Assembly (NCBI GenBank): GCA_964590575.1 | Contig: CAZPWM010000037.1 | Coordinates: 1-27,332, forward strand | Length of the DNA: 27,332 nt | Origin: an uncultured archaeon | GTDB lineage: Archaea; Asgardarchaeota; Thorarchaeia; Thorarchaeales; Thorarchaeaceae | Reading direction: 5' to 3' | Part shown: piece by piece, positions 1 through 6,544 of the stretch | Layout: every line of letters starts with the position of its first letter | Numbering within the stretch: position 1 is the first letter of the stretch | Notes under the pieces: model-generated | Told to the model about the DNA's origin: nothing | The model's input: only the letters and a program-made list of their open reading frames with translations | The model's database searches: none | Translations under genes and position numbers: made by a program

Positions 1-339
1 ATTGGAGATTGTCTGGAGTTTATCAAAAGTAAAAAGCCAATTGCCTCTGAGGCAATTATGGCATCTGGAGCTATCCTAATTCTAACACTCTCAATCCGTG
101 TAGGTGTGGATTTGTTCTCTTACAATTATGTTCTCATTCCATTCATACTCTATCCATTTATCTTGTTGCTTGCAGTATTGATTGCATTCCAGGTCGAAAC
201 TTCCAGATTGAAGATTCGTGAAAGGAAACTCATGGTTGAAGGAGAATTGTCCAAAGGGAAGGGACATGAAATAACAAGACTTGAAGTACCCAATAACAAG
301 CAGAGAACGACTAGAAAGACCAATTATCTAGGAAATTGA
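1..339 (+). CDS. 3' part of a hypothetical membrane protein (probably starts upstream of the window)
   Basis: Frame 1 is open from base 1 (IGDCLEFIKSKKPIASEAIM...) to TGA at 337-339. It has two hydrophobic segments and a basic C-tail. The ATG at 58 may be internal. Confidence 0.6.
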   Translation: MGDCLEFIKSKKPIASEAIMASGAILILTLSIRVGVDLFSYNYVLIPFILYPFILLLAVLIAFQVETSRLKIRERKLMVEGELSKGKGHEITRLEVPNNKQRTTRKTNYLGN

Positions 340-433
340 AAGTTGCTCAAGTTTATTTGCATTCACGAGTATTGCTACTCAAGTAGCCAGAAGTACGGTC
401 TACATTTCATTCAAGGGAGTCAATCGAAGGAAG

Positions 434-1381
434 ATGCAGGATCTAGTGGCAATTGCAGCATTTTTGAGAGAAGTATCCTTTGGTATTCTCATTGCTGGTT
501 TATTCTACACCTTTGGAATGTTTGCCCTCGGTAGGATTTTCGCTGCAATATCTGAGCACGGCGATGTAGACCATGACGTTGACCATGATGTCGATCATGA
601 TGTAGACCATGATGTCGGACATGAAGTTGAACACGACATTGACCACGATATCGGGCACGAAGTTGAACACGACATTGACCACGATATCGGGCACGAAGTT
701 GAACACGATATTGATCATGGGTATGATGTCGACCATGGAGTGGTTGAACATGATTTAGATCATGATCTAGATCATGACTTGGACCACGGAGAGATTGACC
801 ATGAAATTGAGCATGACCTTGACCATGATGTTGAACATGATGTTGACCACCACGTAGAGCATGACCACGACATCAGTGTTGATCACGATATTCCTCACGA
901 CAAATCGGGATTCTTTGAAACAGAGAGAGGCGCACCAATGGGAGTCACTATAGGCACTTCACTTGTCACTTTTGGTTTTCTGGGGTCTCTTCTTTATTAT
1001 GAAGGAATAATGTTTCCCTTCTTAGGCAAGATTGCTATTCATGTTCTGGGAGCGGTAGCGATGGTCTATGGCGTTAGAACTATCCTTCGAAAAGCTTTCG
1101 TCGAGTCAGGATTCATGCTTGAACCTAGACATATCGTTGGAAGAGAAGTTGAAGCGGTTTCAACAATCAATGATGGATTTGGTGAAGTACGGTTAGAAAC
1201 TGAGATGGGCTTACGTCGGTTTCGTGCCAGACCATTTCAAAGGGGAGTTGTTTTTCAAAAAGGTACGGACCTCTTCATTGTTTCAGCAGATGACAAATTC
1301 GTGTATGTCGATCCAAGAAAAGATGTGGTCAGGTGGATGCAAGAGCAGAGTAAGAAGGAAGAATCACACTCCAAGAAGTAG
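434..1381 (+). CDS. NfeD/YuaF/YqiJ-like flotillin partner with a long His/Asp-rich repeat
   Basis: N-terminal TM helix, His/Asp array, two further TM helices, then an OB-fold-like C-terminus (HIVGREVEAVSTINDGFGEVRL...RARP...KGTDLFIVS). It lies directly upstream of an SPFH gene, as in yuaF-floT and yqiJ-yqiK. Confidence 0.8.
   Translation: MQDLVAIAAFLREVSFGILIAGLFYTFGMFALGRIFAAISEHGDVDHDVDHDVDHDVDHDVGHEVEHDIDHDIGHEVEHDIDHDIGHEVEHDIDHGYDVDHGVVEHDLDHDLDHDLDHGEIDHEIEHDLDHDVEHDVDHHVEHDHDISVDHDIPHDKSGFFETERGAPMGVTIGTSLVTFGFLGSLLYYEGIMFPFLGKIAIHVLGAVAMVYGVRTILRKAFVESGFMLEPRHIVGREVEAVSTINDGFGEVRLETEMGLRRFRARPFQRGVVFQKGTDLFIVSADDKFVYVDPRKDVVRWMQEQSKKEESHSKK
554..901 (+). repeat. Coding tetrapeptide repeat [D/E/G]-H-[D/E]-[V/I/L] (12-bp period), including a 36-bp unit repeated ~2.8 times at 617-718
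   Basis: Translation reads DHDV x4, GHEVEHDIDHDI x~3, DHDL repeats. 29 His counted by hand in ~116 aa, with no Lys or Arg. Confidence 0.95.
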
Positions 1382-1396
1382 GTTTCTCTGCGCAGA

Positions 1397-1403
1397 TTTA
1401 TAT
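1397..1403 (+). promoter_or_regulatory. Putative archaeal TATA box for the flotillin leader transcript
   Basis: TTTATAT just after the nfeD stop. The expected TSS (~1427-1428) coincides with the 5' strand of a predicted closing stem. Confidence 0.5.
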
Positions 1404-1427
1404 CCCCTCAAACCAAAGAGTACACAG

Positions 1428-1559
1428 GTGCGTTCGTAGGAAGGCTACCAACTGCTCTGAGAGAGACACGTTGAGAGTGGAGGTCACTGACACTGAGTCG
1501 GTGAAACGAAGCAAAAGGTGTCGAACTCACATAGCAGAAGGTGAAACAGACGAGGGCAC
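1428..1559 (+). ncRNA. Candidate structured RNA (5' leader of flotillin or small ncRNA), family unrecognised
   Basis: Hand-found nested pairings: 1428-1437/1550-1559 (9 of 10), 1446-1449/1540-1543, 1452-1456/1533-1537, 1458-1461/1526-1529, 1488-1494/1517-1523, 1498-1500/1507-1509. Confidence 0.45.
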
Positions 1560-1591
1560 AATCACAGATACATGTGTGAGAAGGAAAGCAG

Positions 1592-2932
1592 ATGCAAGCA
1601 AGTATAATGGACTGGTTCGCGAATAACTTCGCACTCTCCATAGGTTTATTGTTCATAATAATCATACTTCTACTGATTATCTATGTTAGAAAGTATGTGC
1701 GGATTTTTGACCCAAACATCTTCTATGTCCACTTGAGGCGCGGTAAGGCCATCAAGCAAGGTGAGGGTGGTATGGTCATTCGAATACCGTTCTTCGATCG
1801 CATTCTCGCAGTTGATAGGACTGTGCAGCAGTTGAACATCTCAGCTGAGTCAGTACTCTCAAAAGAGAAACAGAAGATTCGATTGAGCGCCGTTCTTCAG
1901 TGGCAAGCAGAAAATGCTATTGCTACTATTAACAATGTAACTTGGAAAGAGATACCAAATAGACTGACAGCTATCATCGAGTCGGTAATACGAACAGCGT
2001 GTGCACAATTATCGGTTGAAGAGATTCTAGAAGAACGTCAATTGATCATTGAAGCGGTCAAGAAAGAGCTAATAGATATTGTTTCAGAATGGGGTCTGAA
2101 GGTTGTTACAGTAGAACTGGTCGACGTCTCAGTAGTAAACGAGTCATTCTTGAGAGATATGTCCAAACCTCGTGAGGCAGAGATGCATCGTCTGGCGCAG
2201 ATTGCGTTGATTGAGGCAGACCAGTCAACTGGTACTAGAGATATCGAAAGAAGTAAAGTTCTCCGTGAGCAAGAGATTGTTCGAGACAAGCTTGTTGGTG
2301 TGCAGGAGCAATCGCAGCTTCGTGACATTCAAGAGGCTGAGAAGCAACGTGAACAGAGTGTTCTTGAGATAGCACTTCAAAAGGACCTGATGCAGAAGAA
2401 ATACGAGAAGCAAAATGCGGAGGTCGAGGCTGCAAGAGACCTAGAAGTTGCAAAATTAGGAGCTGAAGCCCAGAAACAGCGAAAGATTAAGGAAGAGGTC
2501 GAAGTCCAGGCGCAGCGGATTTTGCAGGAGGCTCGGGCTGAATCTGAAAAAATCACTATGGTTGCTGAAGCTGAGGCAGGTCAAATTCTGAAAGTCACGA
2601 GTGCTCAAGCTGAAGGTATCAAAAAGACGCTCGAAGCAGCTCGCGATTATACACCACAAGCCTTCGCAAGAGACTTCCTACAGATACTACCTGAAATCTA
2701 CAAGCAGATAGACATCGGCGATGTCACACTCTTTGGTGGTGGCGGTGGTGCTGGGGGAACAGGTCTAGAAGGCGAGGAAGGTGGTGGTGGAGCCCAAGCA
2801 TTCCAGGTATTTGGTAACGTGCTGATTCCAATGATGCTCATGGCCCGAATGATGGGTTTTGACTTCAAGGGCCTCATGAAAGATGCTCTGGGAGATATGG
2901 CTACTACTGACGAACCTAAGAAATTAAAATAG
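1592..2932 (+). CDS. SPFH/band-7 domain protein, flotillin-like
   Basis: N-terminal TM helix; SPFH core (RIPFFDRILAVDRTVQQL, IRTACAQLSVEEILEERQ, WGLKVVTVEL); long E/Q/A-rich coiled coil with AEA motifs (AEAEAG); Gly-rich linker; hydrophobic C-terminal segment. Confidence 0.9.
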   Translation: MQASIMDWFANNFALSIGLLFIIIILLLIIYVRKYVRIFDPNIFYVHLRRGKAIKQGEGGMVIRIPFFDRILAVDRTVQQLNISAESVLSKEKQKIRLSAVLQWQAENAIATINNVTWKEIPNRLTAIIESVIRTACAQLSVEEILEERQLIIEAVKKELIDIVSEWGLKVVTVELVDVSVVNESFLRDMSKPREAEMHRLAQIALIEADQSTGTRDIERSKVLREQEIVRDKLVGVQEQSQLRDIQEAEKQREQSVLEIALQKDLMQKKYEKQNAEVEAARDLEVAKLGAEAQKQRKIKEEVEVQAQRILQEARAESEKITMVAEAEAGQILKVTSAQAEGIKKTLEAARDYTPQAFARDFLQILPEIYKQIDIGDVTLFGGGGGAGGTGLEGEEGGGGAQAFQVFGNVLIPMMLMARMMGFDFKGLMKDALGDMATTDEPKKLK

Positions 2933-2936
2933 AACT

Positions 2937-2996
2937 AGTCGGCGGGATGACTATCTCGCCGGCTGAAAATCCACGGGGCTTCCAATCGGGAGCTCC
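2937..2996 (+). terminator. Tandem hairpins between the convergent flotillin and tusA genes (terminator or 3' stability element)
   Basis: AGTCGGCGGGAT-GACT-ATCTCGCCGGCT (12 bp, 2937-2964) and GGGGCTTCC-AATC-GGGAGCTCC (9 bp, 2975-2996). Each has two G-U pairs valid only on the + strand. Confidence 0.55.
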
Positions 2997-3014
2997 ATAG
3001 ACAAATGCAACTCG

Positions 3015-3254
3015 TTACTTTACACGCTTGATGTACCAAACGAGTCTATCGCTTTCTTCAACAAGCTCAAGGATTTCATTGCCGGTCCGAGAGGACCAAG
3101 CAGGGAAGTCCTTTTTTGTGCCTACGTCGGTAGCAATTACCTTCAAGATCTCACCTATGTTGATTTCTTGAATGGCTTTCTTTGTTTTAAGAATCGGCAT
3201 GGGGCATCTTAGCCCACTTGCATCGAATTCCTTTGCAACTTGATGCTCTGTCAT
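3015..3254 (-). CDS. tusA: TusA/SirA-family sulfurtransferase
   Basis: 79 aa; DASGLRCPMP motif with the catalytic Cys; GEILKVIATD...DFPAW pattern. Confidence 0.93.
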   Translation of the reverse strand: MTEHQVAKEFDASGLRCPMPILKTKKAIQEINIGEILKVIATDVGTKKDFPAWSSRTGNEILELVEESDRLVWYIKRVK

Positions 3255-3394
3255 AGTTCAATCGCCTCTGATTCGAATAATGTACGGTTTTATGCGTTTC
3301 TATCTCACGGTCATGATTGGAAACGGGCATGTCAATAGTCCGCTGGTTACAATCTATAACCATGAGTAAGAGTGTTTGTTCCTTTTCAGACATA

Positions 3395-3402
3395 TTTATA
3401 AA
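3395..3402 (+). promoter_or_regulatory. Putative TATA box for the membrane protein-dsrE pair
   Basis: TTTATAAA about 30 nt upstream of the GTG at 3433. Confidence 0.55.
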
Positions 3403-3432
3403 TTACTCTAAAGGGAATTAAAATAATAATAG

Positions 3433-3834
3433 GTGAACAAAATGGCACTGTTCCAACTAATTCTGTTCATCCTTTTCGCGTTAAACGTGAGCGTGATGTT
3501 TTCAGGCTTCATGTTGGCTAGGAGGATGGGCTATTACCTAATGAACCAGGTCATGATGCTAATGCTCGGTATGTTTGTCGCCATTGGCATTCTATTGGTG
3601 GGACTTTTCTTCCCTCCAGTCCCAGCAATGTTTGACTTGCTTCACATATTGATACTCGTAGACTTTGTACTAATACTATTGGCCACACTACTGCAATTTG
3701 CAACAGTTGTTCCAATACTAATGAAGACGATGCAGGGCGGTCCATTCCACAGCTCACACATTACCAACCTACTGGTCACATTGTTCTTACTGCTTGGACT
3801 CGTTCTCTACTACGTGGATCTCGCAATACTATAG
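3433..3834 (+). CDS. Hypothetical 4-TM membrane protein
   Basis: 133 aa, almost entirely hydrophobic helices; 13 nt upstream of dsrE. Confidence 0.7.
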   Translation: MNKMALFQLILFILFALNVSVMFSGFMLARRMGYYLMNQVMMLMLGMFVAIGILLVGLFFPPVPAMFDLLHILILVDFVLILLATLLQFATVVPILMKTMQGGPFHSSHITNLLVTLFLLLGLVLYYVDLAIL

Positions 3835-3847
3835 GAGATGAAAAGAT

Positions 3848-4210
3848 ATGCCTAGTCTATACATAATTGGTCAGTGGGGTCCTGAGGCGGCTGAACGTTG
3901 TTACGGTCCGTTCGTCACTGGTACTACCGCGCAAGCACAGGATGTTGATGCTAACATCTTCCTGATGATGGATGGTGTTATGCTAATGAAGAAAGGAATG
4001 GCTGAAAAAGTCAAAGCTCCGGGATTTCCTCCCCTTCCTGATTTGATCGATGCTTTCCTTGAGGCAGGCGGTAAGATTCAGGTCTGCTCAAACTCAGCTG
4101 AGTTCCGAGGCCTTGGTGAGAAAGACCTACGAGACCCCAGAATCGAGATTGCTGGCGCTGCCACCATGATCGATGAAACACTCAAGCATGACAAAGTCAT
4201 GTTCTTCTAG
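3848..4210 (+). CDS. DsrE/DsrF-family sulfur-relay / peroxiredoxin-like protein
   Basis: GPE..ER..PF motif, IFLMMDGV, GGKIQVCSNSAEFRG (conserved Cys), IAGAA; RBS-like AGGAGA upstream. Confidence 0.88.
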   Translation: MPSLYIIGQWGPEAAERCYGPFVTGTTAQAQDVDANIFLMMDGVMLMKKGMAEKVKAPGFPPLPDLIDAFLEAGGKIQVCSNSAEFRGLGEKDLRDPRIEIAGAATMIDETLKHDKVMFF

Positions 4211-4222
4211 AACTGTATGTAT

Positions 4223-4266
4223 TGAGGGGTTCGCCCCTCACATCTCTTCTTTTTCTGATATTTTTG
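4223..4266 (+). terminator. Hairpin plus U-rich tract after dsrE
   Basis: TGAGGGG-TTCG-CCCCTCA (4223-4240) followed by TCTCTTCTTTTTCTGATATTTTTT. Confidence 0.75.
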
Positions 4267-4270
4267 GGGA

Positions 4271-6055
4271 CTATGCAAAGTCAGGATAACATTTGGTCAT
4301 AAGAAGATTCGTGACAGAACTTCGAATTGCACTCTCAGAAATGAACCCGGCCAGTTCCTTGTCGCAAATCTTGATGAAAGGTAGCATTGGAAGATCTTCA
4401 ACTGCTATATCGACACCAGGATCATCAACGTTGATATATTCAACCATGCTCTGCGGCACGCCCAATGAATCAAGAACTGATGTTAGTATTTTCATTGCAG
4501 GGTCACAAAAAACACAGTGATTGGATTTGTAGAAAGTGATACAAGTATTTCGTCCACAGTCCAGTTCTGCTTTTTCGATCCACTGAGGGAGCATCAAGAC
4601 AAAACAGGCTCCTTGAGAGTGGTCGTTCTTTATTCTATCCTCGACCCGAATCATACCTCCGATGTTCCTAACAATCCTATCAACAAGAGTAAGTCCGAGT
4701 CCACGGCCAACTATCTGGTCATCAGGACTTCCAGTTCTTCTGAAGATAAATTCCTTAGCGCTATCAGGTACCCCTGGCCCTCGATCAATGAACTCTACAC
4801 GAACCATCTTCACAGCGTCAACAATCTCTGCTTTAATCTCAAGCATCACTGTGTCGCTTTCATCAAAGGTCATCGCATTATGAAGAATGTTGAAACACAC
4901 TTGTTCAAGATAATCGTGTCCTGCTACCTCGAACATTCCTTTCTCAATGTTCGTAGTCAATTCTAGTGTTTTCCATGGGAAGTCTCCTCGAACCATTGTT
5001 AGTGAAGAATCGAGATAATCATAGAAGTCAACCTTGGTTCTGGTTGGAGGGTCATTCGCTAGTCTGAATAAAGATCTGAGATTAGCAACCATTCTAGCAG
5101 CTCGTCGGACATTCCAACTTGACTCATGCAGTAATGGATGAAATTGTTCTGGTAGTTCGTTAGAACTTTCTAAAAGCCCAATGGAGAAGAGGAGACTCTG
5201 ATTTACATTGTTAAGGTCATGAGTCATTACCTCCAAGTAGAGGTTTGCCCTATCGCGTTCATTCTGTTCTCTAGCTTCTGCGTTCTTTCGTCGGTCAATG
5301 TCAAGTGCCATTAAAGCAATGGTAGAGGATTGGTCAGGATACTGAAGTAGATTCGCTGTCACACTAACCCAAGTTAATCGACCATCAGCAGTCTTCATCT
5401 GCATCTCGAAACCTTCTACAATCTTACCATTAGCGGCTTCTGAGATCATCTGTCCAATGATATCTTTTCCAATCCCATTTGGGAGAAAAGAAGAGAAGTT
5501 CCTACGCAGAAGATCATCTTCCTCATATCCTAATAATCGAGTTGCAGCCTTGTTTACTTGCAGAATGTTACCCATCAAACTCAATGAGAAGTATGAGATG
5601 GGGGATGAGTCGAATAATGCTCTGTATCTACTCTCAGAAGAGTCTATAGCCGCCTCAAGCTCAACCTGCCGAGTGACATTCCTCACGATTCCCATAACAG
5701 CAGGCTTTCGAGAAAAGATGAAATCGGATGTGCTAATCTCAACATGGACCACGTTTCCATCTTTCTTCAGGAAGCGTGCTCTGAATGCGGGCTTCCCACT
5801 TTGCCCCCAGTTAAAACCATCTTGACCCTCTGAGAATTGATGAGCAGTTGTAGGGTCCAGTAAATCGGTTATCAACCGACCCTCTAGATTTGCAAAGTCA
5901 TACGCCATCATTTCAAGGAATGCAGGATTTGCCATGACAATTCTACCATCCTGTAGGATGATAATCCCATCATTCGCCAACATGACCATTCCGAAGTACT
6001 CATCTTGGACCTTGGTGGTGTTCCCGTTATTTTGACCCTGCAAATCGTTTTCCAC
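4271..6055 (-). CDS. PAS-PAS sensor histidine kinase with a C-terminal thioredoxin-fold (CxxC) domain
   Basis: Two PAS domains; H-box MTHDLNN; N-box NILHNA; G1 DRGPG; G2 GRGLGL; then a ~97-aa tail ITFYKSNHCVFCDPA...INVDD...LPMLPFIKI. Confidence 0.9.
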   Translation of the reverse strand: MENDLQGQNNGNTTKVQDEYFGMVMLANDGIIILQDGRIVMANPAFLEMMAYDFANLEGRLITDLLDPTTAHQFSEGQDGFNWGQSGKPAFRARFLKKDGNVVHVEISTSDFIFSRKPAVMGIVRNVTRQVELEAAIDSSESRYRALFDSSPISYFSLSLMGNILQVNKAATRLLGYEEDDLLRRNFSSFLPNGIGKDIIGQMISEAANGKIVEGFEMQMKTADGRLTWVSVTANLLQYPDQSSTIALMALDIDRRKNAEAREQNERDRANLYLEVMTHDLNNVNQSLLFSIGLLESSNELPEQFHPLLHESSWNVRRAARMVANLRSLFRLANDPPTRTKVDFYDYLDSSLTMVRGDFPWKTLELTTNIEKGMFEVAGHDYLEQVCFNILHNAMTFDESDTVMLEIKAEIVDAVKMVRVEFIDRGPGVPDSAKEFIFRRTGSPDDQIVGRGLGLTLVDRIVRNIGGMIRVEDRIKNDHSQGACFVLMLPQWIEKAELDCGRNTCITFYKSNHCVFCDPAMKILTSVLDSLGVPQSMVEYINVDDPGVDIAVEDLPMLPFIKICDKELAGFISESAIRSSVTNLLMTKCYPDFA

Positions 6056-6174
6056 CTGGGTAGTTCCAGCGTCACCGAATCTTTTCTTATACTGAACTCT
6101 ACTTCAGTATTAGACACATATAGGTTACTTGTGTAAATTAACAGAATGAAGAGTCGTGTATCCGGACCCGAATC

Positions 6175-6209
6175 TTTATATTTGAATATTTGAACAATCG
6201 TTCAAGTGT
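6175..6209 (+). promoter_or_regulatory. TATA box plus ArsR/SmtB-type operator
   Basis: TTTATA at 6175-6180, then ATATTTGAAC-AATC-GTTCAAGTGT (6186-6209), containing the TGAA-N6-TTCA core known from CzrA/SmtB operators. Confidence 0.8.
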
Positions 6210-6220
6210 TGTGTGATGGA

Positions 6221-6544
6221 ATGGCTGTAACAAAAGGTTCGTACCGAGAAATTAAATTCAAGGAAGAGGAGTTAGACGAAGTTATTACCATTTTCAAAAC
6301 TCTCTCAGATCCATCGAGAGTAAGAATCCTATCAACACTTACGAAACAAGAGAGTCTATCTGTGGGGGACCTAGCAAATCAGTTAGACATGGAGATTAGC
6401 AGCGTAAGCCATCAATTGAGTACGTTAAAGCAACTAGGTTTCGTGAAAAGGCAAAGAGTTGGTCGGAATATATTCTATAGTCTAGACGACGACTGTATTA
6501 CTGATATCATGAAGAGGGCAAGAGACCATGTCGCAGGAAAATGA
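6221..6544 (+). CDS. ArsR/SmtB-family metalloregulator (CzrA/SmtB/CadC-like)
   Basis: FKTLSDPSRVRIL, SVGDLA...SSVSHQLSTLK...VKRQRVGRNIFYSL. ATG 6221 is preferred to GTG 6206, which overlaps the operator. Confidence 0.92.
   Translation: MAVTKGSYREIKFKEEELDEVITIFKTLSDPSRVRILSTLTKQESLSVGDLANQLDMEISSVSHQLSTLKQLGFVKRQRVGRNIFYSLDDDCITDIMKRARDHVAGK

Noticed and set aside
500-751. Antisense 83-aa ORF with repetitive VVNVVFNFVPDI pattern
   Set aside because: Shadow of the His/Asp repeat on the opposite strand; no independent evidence of coding.
554-901. Repeat array as a possible CRISPR
   Set aside because: Units are contiguous, in frame and codon-degenerate, with no unique spacers and no cas genes.
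1454-1520. Resemblance of the leader to glycine (CUCUG.AGAGA...GGUC...GCAAAAGG), TPP (CUGAGA), FMN/cobalamin (GGUGAAA) riboswitches or a hammerhead
   Set aside because: The defining cores are missing or out of order (no GAAGG/CUCUCAGG, no CUGAU-UAAU, no AAUUCC or B12 box, no CUGANGA).
1471-1626. 51-codon TTG-started ORF in the nfeD-flotillin spacer, and the antisense ORF 1408-1665
   Set aside because: Weak start, no recognisable motif, and overlap with the flotillin start; RNA structure explains the region better.
2937-2996. Possible SECIS element (contains AUGA) given nearby TusA/DsrE/Hdr-like genes
   Set aside because: The AUGA lies in a hairpin loop without the paired GA quartet, and no in-frame UGA replaces a catalytic Cys in the neighbouring genes.
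4293-5825. Several + strand ORFs (75-149 aa) opposite the kinase, and similar antisense ORFs opposite cadA, the ABC genes, eutA, the FAD oxidoreductase and the aminotransferases
   Set aside because: Fully overlapped by well-supported genes on the other strand; Ser/Ile-rich shadow composition and no motifs.
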